Shown: positions 23,276-32,000, counted from the first letter of the stretch. The stretch: 32,000 nucleotides of DNA from Candidatus Saccharimonadota bacterium (GCA_963706795.1 OY970170.1:120001-152000), one strand, 5' to 3'. The notes: a model not told the origin generated them from the letters alone. A program made the numbers and translations.

Positions 23276-24250
23276 CTATACTCCCACCAACATTTCCATC
23301 ACTCACCTCTCTTTCTCCGCTATTTCCTTCAAAATTTCCGACGCCTGATAGATACATGCGATATCTTTCGTATTACTCACTTCCTCAAATAATCGAGCAA
23401 CTTCCATCCACAGAAGTGCGATTTGAGTAAATGCTTCATATCCAAGTCGGAGTTTCTCTCAGCCTATGAGCTCGTGAGATTCTTTTAGGAAATCTCGATA
23501 TAGATTCCTAAACAGCGCACCTCCCGTGCCTGCTCTTTCCATCAGCATGGCCGTGGTGCCAAAATCCTCTGCGACGTCCTGACTCTGTTTGAACCATTTT
23601 ATGATCTCTGTACTGGTTTTGAGGATTCCTTTGTAGCTGATATTCGTAATAGGTGGATTGAGATATTCTGCTGCATTGTCTCGGATTGCAGTGAGAATAG
23701 TGTCCTTTATATCGAATTCATAGCCAGTTTTCTTCAAAAAATAGTACATATTCTTTGAGGCCATGGGTCATGTTTCGGCACGAGCGAGGGCGAGACTGTG
23801 GAGTGATGTTTTTACCATTCAACCCTGTTGTTTTGTGTCTACCAAATATGCCGAATCTACATCGTAGCCATACATCGCAACATAATGTCCTGCGAAATGA
23901 ATCGGGTGAGAAAAATATTCCAAATGATAACAGTCCAGTTTGAGACCTACGATGTATCATTCATCTATTAGATTCTTCACATTTTCCCAGGCTTTTTTGG
24001 GTGATGAAGTCTCATGGGTAGATAGGTCCAATTTGAGACTCTGTGCGATATTCTGAGTGACGAGATCGGGCTTGATTCGTCCGCCAATGAATGGACGATC
24101 CATGCCTTTCATATTCCAAAATATATAACTCAGCCCCTTACCTAGTCCAAAAAGCATCGGTTCAGAAAGCGTGATCCCCAATGAGAGTAGGATCGTTCCT
24201 GTAGCAGTAGTCTCGCAGTGTTGTCACTCGAATGGCTGGATTTGGAGCAT
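23276..24250 (-). CDS. BtrH-N/DUF4872-like protein (papain-fold), 324 aa under table 25
   Basis: MLQIQPFEGQHCETTATGTILLSLGITLSEPMLFGLGKGLSYIF… and HFAGHYVAMYGYD fit the BtrH N-terminal pattern. Track ORFs 23957..24181 and 23459..23764 share a frame. It has 6 in-frame TGA codons and stops on TAG at 23276-23278. Confidence 0.65.
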
Positions 24251-24442
24251 AGATAGGGGTTGGATTATTTTGACTACATTCTGATAGAAAACAGGATAGC
24301 AAGAGTCTGAGTGAAAGCAATCTTGAGGTCAGAATCATAGTGCTTGATTGTGAGTATTTGGATGATCGGGCGTAGGATTGAGTTTGCATACGATCAACTG
24401 AGCATACACTCATGCTGTTTAGCTATAGTTCCCTGCTCTCAT

Positions 24443-24928
24443 ATGTGATTCTGAGATATAAACTTTCCGCTGGTGATCATGCTTTTATGCGTGTTCATCT
24501 TGTTTCCTATAGGGCTTATCTGAAGTTGGTTATTATGGCGTGAGTACAAACAGAAAAACGCGGTTCAAAAGATCGCGATCTGTATACTTTACTACGCCGT
24601 AAGCTTGGGAATTTCGTTTGTGATAGCATGGTGACTCTTATACATGAGTGAAAACTTTCCTATTCTTCGATATAGTTTTTCGACAATGAATGAATGGTAC
24701 ACGCTTGATCCAGTCAGCATTCTTGCTCTGTTGATCGGATTTACTAGTGGATACCGAATAACACGAAAGGTTGCCCGCCCCCTACCTGGCATAGTGTGAA
24801 CTATGATTGTTTTCGTATTTTTAAGTGCTGCACTTGTTCTGGCTTACGCAGCCATCCATACTGAATGCCAACAAGAATTAGAGATGTTAAAATATCCTTC
24901 TACGTTTTGCGGTCTTTTTAAGAGATAA
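24443..24928 (+). CDS. Four-TM membrane protein, about 161 aa, visible only under table 25
   Basis: The frame is open from 24341 to TAA 24926-24928 and contains several TGA codons. Hydrophobic helices: PLVIMLLCVFILFPIGLI, IAICILYYAVSLGISFVIAW, VSILALLIGFTSGY and MIVFVFLSAALVLAYAAI. Start candidates are 24362, 24443 and 24479. Confidence 0.55.
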
Positions 24929-24935
24929 ATACTCC

Positions 24936-24982
24936 AAAAAAAATCACCTGATCGTAATAGATCAGGTGATTTTATTTATTTT
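24936..24982. terminator. Bidirectional terminator between convergent genes
   Basis: 13-bp stem AAATCACCTGATC / GATCAGGTGATTT (24941-24972), flanked by an A-run and a T-run. Confidence 0.7.
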
Positions 24983-26438
24983 AAAATGTTCCTTTGAGTC
25001 CGACATTGTAGACTGGTCCGCTTGATTTTCAATCTATGCGATCCTGGCGAACTCCTGCAAATACATCAATACTAGGACCCTTCCACACTCCGAGTTTTTT
25101 GGTTACTTCGAGCCCCACTCGACTTGAGTCGCTTGGTCCAAGTGGACTCTTGCCAGTTGAGCGGATAATCTCAGTGTAGGCACTTGCGGACATGTTCATG
25201 TTTCGAAGTGTAGCCTGTGCTTTGGAAGTATTTGCGAGTGCAGATACTTCTCGACTTACTGCGAGATCAAATGCACTTCCCTTCTCATTATCCTTGTGGG
25301 TGATGCCACCATATACCGTGTTTGATCCATAGGTATTTGGTGTATCCGTGGCTCCACTTTGGAGATTTGGGACGATATTTCTTGTGTGGATAACTCCGGC
25401 ATGGACTGCAGTCTTGGGATCGAGTACATACTTTGCTTGTACATTTCAGGAGACTGCCACTTCTCCAACCTGTCCTTTCCTCAGACCATGAATACTGAGA
25501 TCGAGATGATCTGCTAGTTGTACTTTTGCCTTAGTAGTCAATCCTGTCTCGATAGAGAAAGTATCGTTCACTGGCCATATCTTTGAGACTCCTGCCTGAG
25601 CTGCCGCTGCGTAGTAATCCCGACTCACATCTTTCTCTGAACCAATGCGCGTTTTTGAGACATTTATTTCACCAAAACCACGCAGGAGTTCATTACCTGA
25701 TTCGTATCCGAGGGTTGTATGAATCGTCTGAAGTTTGAGTCCTGCGATCTCATTTTCCTTGTATCCGATGCCTGCATATGTACCACCGATGTGCTTGTTA
25801 AGTGCAATTCGTTTCCCACGATTGGTGAGTTCAAATTCTACACCTTCTGGCATGTTTGATGGTTTTTTGAGCCAAGATTCTACATCGCGCATCGTGAACA
25901 TTTGTGCATTTACCTCGCGGTTGAGCGGAGTCTGGATTGCACCGATGATATCCCCTTTGTCGTTAGCGAGATAGTTGGTGAAGACATAGTTCTTGTTTTT
26001 TACTGCGTAGGTATCGAGGGCTTCTTCGATATTTCTCCCTGTATAAAGTACTCAATAGTCGGAGAATACAGTCTTATCTGCTACCTTCATAACAGTAATC
26101 GCATGTCCTAAATCCTGACCACCCACCGTTACAACTCCTGCGTCAATTCCCCATGCATTTGCCACTTGGGCAACCGTCGCATGGATACCAGTACAGACAC
26201 TCAGTGGAAGAGATTGTTCGCTGTAAGTGGCTTGTGCAAGATTGGAGAACTGTTTACCGAGTGTGGGAACTGGGAGAGGCTTCCCTGTTTGTGCTGTTTC
26301 TTGGTTGTAAGTAAACTTCAGGAGTTCACTTCCTAAAATATCAAGGAAAATGATCTTCTCTTCTTTTGAAAGTGTAGATCAGATGCGTACGAGATTGTCG
26401 CGGACGTATTTCTCATTTGATGTGACAGAAACCTGCAT
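24981..26438 (-). CDS. Transglutaminase-like Cys-His-Asp domain fused to a beta-strand-rich C-terminal region ending …VYNVGLKGTF, about 485 aa
   Basis: One frame is open from 26516 to TAA 24981-24983, with 4 in-frame TGA codons downstream of the chosen start (a fifth lies between the two start candidates), and it contains track ORF 25446..25901. Candidate triad: SVCTGIHATVAQVANAWGID, GHAITVMKV and FSDYG. The last ~330 aa have alternating hydrophobic residues and a terminal Phe. The start is ATG 26436-26438 or 26481-26483. Confidence 0.55.
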
Positions 26439-27459
26439 CAGAGGGAAGCGATGTAATAGCAAGGAGATTTTCTCCGTATGCATTCTGTGCTTTAATTGTA
26501 TGACTGCGCACTTTTTCTATATCGTACTTTTCATGGAAAATATCTCAAAAAGCGACCATATTTCATCTTAATTGATCCTCAATAGATCATTTAAGAAAGG
26601 TGAAACGATTTCTGAGCGCTTCCTCACTTTGTCCAACACTCCTATTAAGAGCAGATTCGGCTATAGCCTTTAAGCTATAGAGTCCATCTCTGCCAGACAA
26701 CTTAGTCTTTGCATCATTTTGCTTCTTGCTTATATCTGCAAGCTCAGCACTGTGGTCATTAATATATTTTCTTTCTGCATTGAGTGCCTTTATGAGCTCC
26801 TGGATCTTTGGATCATTGCTCTTTACAAAATACTGATCAGAGTCAGCATTAAATCCAATAAGATCTCCATTAGCGGCGGCAATATAGTCTGTCGATAAAT
26901 CATGTCCTGTTTTTGCCTTGTAAGAATCTATAATCGCCGAATATCCGTCTTGAAGAATCTTTCATTGTTTGTTCGTGACTTCAATAATAGCCTCAAGTGG
27001 CACAATGTCATTTGTTATTTTTTTAAGCGCTTCGATACTTGCAGTTTTATCCACAAGAGCAGCACTAAGTCTGCGCTCACCTCATGCAAAGTCTGGAGCA
27101 AAAGCACTCGCATATTCAGTGCCTCCAAGAGTTGGTAGATTACTTTTGGATTGATAACCAAATTTCATACTCACCGGAAAGGCGGGATCTTTGCTTGCCG
27201 CCTTAATAATATCTGCCCGAGCCTTCAGACTTTCTTGGGTCATATCAAGACGAGCTGCAGACGTATCAGCAAGGCTATCGAGTGAAACTTTCGTATCTTT
27301 CTCGCCCTTCTTTTCTGGAGCAGGCGGCAGATCTAAAGGATCAGGAATATCAAATCCACTATATGGATCAGTATCGTATGATGGAAGTTCGAGGGTCATA
27401 AACAAAGAATGTGAACTAATGTGTACTGATTTTCTGCAGAACTGCGACGTGTCACTCAT
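26254..27459 (-). CDS. Hypothetical protein, about 400 aa; its 3' end overlaps the next gene in the +1 frame
   Basis: Track ORF 27082..27522 continues through 6 TGA codons with no TAA or TAG until 26254-26256. Start candidates are ATG 27457-27459 (MSDTSQF…) and ATG 27397-27399 (MTLELPSYD…). The last ~55 codons look non-protein-like. Confidence 0.5.
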
Positions 27460-27610
27460 GTTCTTTTTGAAGAGAGCGAATAATGCGCATCTGAGTCTTT
27501 GGCTGCATCTTGGGGAATGCATCGCTCAAAAGTGCCTTCTCTTTATCATCAAAAGCGCAGGAACGAGCCATATAGAGCTCCATGAGTCGGTGGATCTGTG
27601 AATATTGCAT
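27359..27610 (-). CDS. Small hypothetical protein, about 83 aa
   Basis: MQYSQIHRLMELYMARSCAFDDKEKALLSDAFPKMQPKTQMRIIRSLQKEHE, then TGA (27452-27454). Under table 25 the frame runs on to TAG 27359-27361. A promoter-like element lies upstream. Confidence 0.4.
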
Positions 27611-27629
27611 ATGTCTGGTTATATCACAA

Positions 27630-27658
27630 ATACTAGCACACTTGGAAAATTCATGCAA
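27630..27658 (-). promoter_or_regulatory. Sigma-70-like promoter for the minus-strand operon
   Basis: On the minus strand: TTGCAT (27658-27653), a 17-nt spacer, then TAGTAT (27635-27630). It lies about 20 nt upstream of ATG 27610. Confidence 0.35.
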
Positions 27659-27816
27659 AAAACGACTCAAGCCAGCTGGATAAATTCGTAAAAGTGCAAA
27701 ATAATACGATTTACAGTGCACTAAACAAAAGATAACATCTTCTATTTGAGGTGTTCTCAGTTTGCACTCGTACAGAGAAAAGCTACAATCAAAACACTAT
27801 TCTCTTATAGCGCCAT

Positions 27817-28107
27817 ATGAAGAGATTTGCCACTCTATTGCTCATAGCAATATCATTTTTTTGAAGCGCGTCCTTTGTCCAAGCAAAGACTTATTATACG
27901 GGCCCTAAAGGTGGATGTTACTCGTATTCTTCCTCAGGTAAGAAGGTTTATGTCTCGCACCAATACTGCTCTCGCAATGACGAAGGATCGAATGCAGTCT
28001 ACAATAGCAACACAAACAAGACCTATTACACAGGTCCAAAAAACGGATGCTTCTACTACGGAGCAAGCTTAAAGAAAATATATGTCTCACATACGTACTG
28101 TAACTAG
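27817..28107 (+). CDS. Secreted miniprotein with two Cys-containing repeats, 96 aa under table 25
   Basis: Signal peptide MKRFATLLLIAISFF-G(TGA)-SASFVQA/K. It is followed by two copies of YYTGPK(G/N)GC(Y/F)xY…KK(V/I)YVSHxYC. It stops on TAG at 28105-28107. It is not in the standard-code track. Confidence 0.6.
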
Positions 28108-28113
28108 ATTTTT

Positions 28114-28452
28114 ATGAATGATTTACTCGAAGCAAATAGAGCTGACGAACAAATAAAAGCACTTCGTCAGCCAGCACCGATCATCGCCACAGACATCGTA
28201 CACGATGCATTTAAAAGAGTATTCGGAAGCGATATGCACTTCCCTGCTGGACAGCTTACTCAGGAAGTTGCCGACTTGCAGGATCGTGTGCACATGAGCG
28301 TGCTCGCACATCTTGATTTTAGACTCGAAACTGCGGAACCTCTGGTTGATGTGATCACTGGTATTGCCTTCAATGGAGAGATTACACAAACAAATGACGG
28401 CAGGAAAATTGCCTTTCAGGTGGAAGTACCAAATGAGGCGTTAGGATTATAG
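28114..28452 (+). CDS. Hypothetical protein, 112 aa
   Basis: The ORF starts 7 nt after the previous stop. It stops on TAG and a terminator follows. I recognise no motif. Confidence 0.55.
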   Translation: MNDLLEANRADEQIKALRQPAPIIATDIVHDAFKRVFGSDMHFPAGQLTQEVADLQDRVHMSVLAHLDFRLETAEPLVDVITGIAFNGEITQTNDGRKIAFQVEVPNEALGL

Positions 28453-28485
28453 AAAAATGACTCAGAATTTCCTGAGTCATTTTTT
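28453..28485. terminator. Bidirectional terminator between convergent genes
   Basis: AAAAATGACTCAG-AATTTC-CTGAGTCATTTTT. Confidence 0.7.
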
Positions 28486-28494
28486 ATAGTGATA

Positions 28495-31400
28495 CTAATT
28501 AAACCATCTTTTTGGTTTTGGATGAGCCTCAACTTGCTTCTGTAGAAGCTCGACTGCCTCAATGCCTTTCTCCATCTCGGCGACACTCTTGAGGCCAACG
28601 GGTGATTTTTTATCTACGATCTGTGCAAGTTTTGCGCGGACATCACGAACTACGGCAATTTCTTGTTTTCCTTCTGATCATTTATCCCCAAAGATGGCAT
28701 TCAGTTGAAATACATCATTATTCCATTTAGTATCCCACTTTGTTTCATTACCCGAAATGATTGCATCAAACTGCCTCTGGATTTTTGCAGGACTGAGATT
28801 GGCGAGTTTTTCCATAAAAATTGGATCGTTCTCGTGGGCATATTGGTACGAAAAATACGCAAGCGCGTCAATCATGGCATACGCTCATCGAAGCTCGTCG
28901 AATCTTGCGCGAATATCAGAACCTGACTCACTCAGACGAGTCTTTATATAAGCAGCTCAGCTTTTGCGAATGTCGAGGTATTGATTATTAACGTAAGCTA
29001 AGAGTTTTTGCTTTGCGATATCACCCTCAGGAGTGCTAAATGGCGCCATTTTTCTTCTGACAACATTGTCAGTAATAGCTGCTCTGCAAGGACCATAGTC
29101 TGCGCCATGACTCATGCCAATGCTCAACCCAAGGGAATCTTCAAAACAAGTATACGTAGTTACATACTCAAAGTTATCGCCATTACCGCCAGGATCTCGA
29201 TATCTTCATCCTCAGCCTGACCTTCATCTGACTATACGTGTTTTTTCAGTAATTCGAACCGAGAGGGTTCAATCGAATTTCAGGCTTGGTACTATAAATT
29301 GTGCTTTGGTATCAAAGGATTTATATACTAAATCTTTTTTAGCAAAGACCTTGATAATCCCTCGGTTTAAATCATCAGATGAACTGCTGACCACTTCTTC
29401 TTTTTTGCTGATAATCCAGTTTTTCAGCCCAGCATTTACAACATCTTCTTCTTTGTCGCTGGTGAGAAGAGGTTTTTGGAGACTGATCCCCACCATGGCA
29501 GCATCATGGGGCTGAGAAGCAGATAACAGAGATATTTCTTTTGTTTTCTGTTCTTCAAACTTACGAAGCTCTCGGTCGAGTTCTTCTAAAAATTTCTGAC
29601 GTTTTGTCTCATAGAGTTTGAGACTGAGATCAAAGAGAGAATTCTCGCGAATATCTGCGAGGCGAGCACTTTCGTCTTGGAGTGCTTGGAGTGTAGATTT
29701 GATATTGCGAATATTCACCTTATCAACCTCAGTAATACCGTGTGTACCGAGAAGTACGAGGTATTTATCCATAATCATTTTCATGATTTCTGGATTGACG
29801 AGCGACTCGCCTGAAGTCACGGGTGTCTCAAAATCGAGAATACCCCTCGAGGTGATATTTCGAACCATATTGATCGAGCCTTCCATTCCGCGATTTTGGA
29901 GTTCATTTGCAAAATCACGCAAGGCTGACTTCCTTGCTCTTCCTGTAAAATTATAGTTCGCCGCGTAGCTCGTTGCTAGATTGACGAGCCCTGATTTGCA
30001 AGAGACAAGATTACTCGTGTCATACCCATTTTTAGTCCAAGTTGTAGCCTGTGTATAGCAGCCTTGCAGTATACCGCCGTGAGTATTTCTAAAGAGGTCT
30101 TCTTGTATAATCATTTGATTATCCTGCAAATGACCGAGTGCGGCTGCGATTTGATCGAGACGATTCTTAATATCTGTTACATCACCCTGGATTTGGTCCA
30201 ATCTATCTAATACAATATCGAGTTTTTTATCTACACGATCAAAGCGCTCATGCATCTCTTTTTTAAGTTCGGAGATTTGTTTAGAGAGCTTTTCAAGCGC
30301 AGCCATTATTTGCTTATGCCTCTCTCCAGCAGGATCAGGTTTTTTAGCAAAGAGTCCTACGAGATTTACAGCCGCGCTCACCATGTTCCCTGTTGCAATT
30401 GAGCCAGCCATATCGCCTAATTTAAGCAGACTAATCGTCTCCATGACATTGACGAGATTGTCTGCGATGACCACTGCAGTTCAGATATCTCTTGCAGTCT
30501 CCGAATTCCCAAAAAGCTGTCCAAGACCCCGTGCTATATTCAAATAGTTACGAGTCTCTTGGTAAACTTCTTTAATCTGCTGCTTTTGAAGCATGAATGC
30601 CGCAGCAATAGCAGCTTCTTTTGCTTTAATGAGCACTTCTTGTTCAGCCTTTGCCTGTACATTTGTGAGCGTTTTGAGACCTTCGCGCATCACTTTTGCC
30701 TGAGCAACTAAATCAGCAAGCGTTTGAGCTTGGTTTTTGAGCGCATCTGTATTTTTACCAATCTTTTCCTGCATTTTCTTATTTACTTCATACAGACCAT
30801 CAGCCTTGTTGAGCAATAAGACAGTTGCTGGGTCCATGAAGCTCTTGTAATCAACCTTGGTGATATCTTTATCAATGAGCTGCTTTGTGAGAGCGCCAAG
30901 TAATTTTTGCTGATCTTTAGAAAGTCTCTCAGGATGATTGATGAGCTCTTGAATAAGTGGCTTTCCGATGTTTTCTGCAAATTTCTGGAACTTAAAATTT
31001 GCCTCCTGGCGAAGCATGTCTTCATCAATTTGAGCGTCTGTTTGCAGCTCTGCGAAAGATGATCAAACCGGAGAGAATGTTGTACTATTAGAGGCAAGCA
31101 CGATGGCCTCTTTTATAACCGACGTATATCCTATCATTTTACCAATAATCGACTCCGCGAGAGGAAATGCCTGATTCGCCAATATCGCCTTAGAGACCAT
31201 CTCTGCTGTATAACTCTGTGGGAGATGAGAGATCACTTTTGCAATATCTCTATCAGATATTTTTTGGCCATCACTTCTTGCCACCATCTTAATATTACTG
31301 TCAGTTTTGAGCAGTGCGAAAACAAACTGCTCCATCTTTCAGCTATCGAGCAGGGCTTTATTCACGTAGTCAGCAGTAAGCTGTTTTTCCATTATTTGAC

Positions 31401-31626
31401 GCTTCTCTATCTCGCTCGCATTCGCAATCGAAGGACTCGTCACCACTGGAGTTGCCAGTGTTGGCTGCGACTCCGCTGGCGATGCAAATGTGAGTGCTGC
31501 AGCAACTACCGCCCCCTGAATAGCGCTCGAAATAGATTTTCCTTCTCTATTTTTTGATGTGGGTACAAAAAAATCCCTCACCCCAAGGTTGTTCTGCATA
31601 ATTCCAAAGATGAAAAAATACTTCAC
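28495..31626 (-). CDS. Giant coiled-coil-rich protein of unknown function, about 1043 aa under table 25
   Basis: Track ORFs 31339..31626, 31063..31335, 30481..31017, 29269..30474 and 28678..28875 all share one frame. I translated every linker: they contain only TGA codons and no TAA or TAG. The stop is TAG at 28495-28497. The start is GTG 31626 or ATG 31599. The N-terminus has a hydrophobic stretch, AIQGAVVAAALTFASPA. Confidence 0.7.
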
Positions 31627-31830
31627 TCAAATCCAAAGGAGGATGGATTACATAGTTCAAAATATTCAAAAAGATGAGATATTCAAGCATGATGAAGCCA
31701 TCTTTAAAAAAATCCCCACAGATTGATTTTTATCCTCAAATTCATACGATGTAGGCGTTCCGAAATAGTGGCCCGCAAATATATCAGTCACCCCGACTGA
31801 TACGATCTACTACAAAAAAAGGAGGAATAC

Positions 31831-32000
31831 ATGGTGCAAATATTCGCGGCTTTTCTGTTGATTGTTGGGTATTCTCTCATGCTTCGAGGACTCATATTGG
31901 GCCAAGAAAAATCGATCAACGGATTTAGCTTTTTAATCTGGGGTTCCCTGAGTCTCTGCCTCGGCCTCCTTGCCTCTCACGAAGCAAGCGTCGATCCAGT
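31831..32000 (+). CDS. Membrane protein, 5' partial at the window edge
   Basis: The Shine-Dalgarno sequence AAAGGAGG lies 6 nt before ATG 31831. The sequence MVQIFAAFLLIVGYSLMLRGLILG…FLIWGSLSLCLGLLA is hydrophobic. The ORF runs off the window. Confidence 0.6.
   Translation, partial: MVQIFAAFLLIVGYSLMLRGLILGQEKSINGFSFLIWGSLSLCLGLLASHEASVDP

Noticed and set aside
22920-24792. Track ORFs 22920..23357, 23718..23960, 23755..23943, 24162..24413 and 24592..24792.
   Set aside because: They are out of frame with, or antisense to, the table-25 CDSs: the DUF2892 fusion, the BtrH-like gene and the 4-TM protein. Those CDSs explain the region with recognisable motifs.
25256-27721. Reading 27082..27522, 27452..27721, 25446..25901 and 25256..25468 as independent small genes separated by long non-coding gaps.
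   Set aside because: The apparent gaps are open in frame, containing only TGA codons, for hundreds of codons. The frame changes that remain are reported as a finding.
31636-31768. The Shine-Dalgarno-like AAAGGAGG sequence followed by a 41-codon plus-strand ORF (ATG 31643).
   Set aside because: The Shine-Dalgarno sequence abuts the ATG with no spacing. The ORF is tiny, has no terminator and lies in a divergent promoter region.

Overview
This 32 kb window comes from a bacterium that reads UGA as glycine (translation table 25, as in the candidate phyla Gracilibacteria/BD1-5 and Absconditabacteria/SR1). The supplied standard-code ORF track therefore breaks most genes into pieces. I re-joined pieces that share a frame and are separated only by TGA. 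Every re-joined CDS ends on TAA or TAG.

Bases 1-15400 are a housekeeping backbone. It holds leuS overlapping a GNAT acetyltransferase, a TrbC/VirB2-like pilin, the rpsF-ssb-rpsR operon, a PilB/GspE ATPase, rpmG, obg, an RsbW-like kinase pair, hup, metG and tRNA-Asn(GTT). Short hypothetical genes and clear hairpin terminators lie between them.

Bases 15400-20600, directly after tRNA-Asn, hold small accessory enzymes and regulators: an APH-family kinase, an SDR reductase, an XRE regulator, and RibD_C, VF530/DUF2132, SRPBCC and SIMPL proteins.

Bases 20700-31630 are the most interesting part. They form an 11 kb block of secreted, membrane or unrecognisable proteins:
- Three proteins with Cys/His catalytic motifs: a C39-like peptidase, a BtrH-like protein, and a transglutaminase-like domain fused to a beta-rich C-terminus ending in Phe.
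- Two +1 frame junctions, each at a UGA codon.
- A Cys-repeat secreted miniprotein.
- A roughly 1043-codon coiled-coil ORF that the standard code splits into five or more pieces.

LeuRS also carries an inserted Nudix hydrolase domain.

All family assignments rest on motifs I read by eye; I could run no searches. I saw no CRISPR array, rRNA, transposase or integrase.
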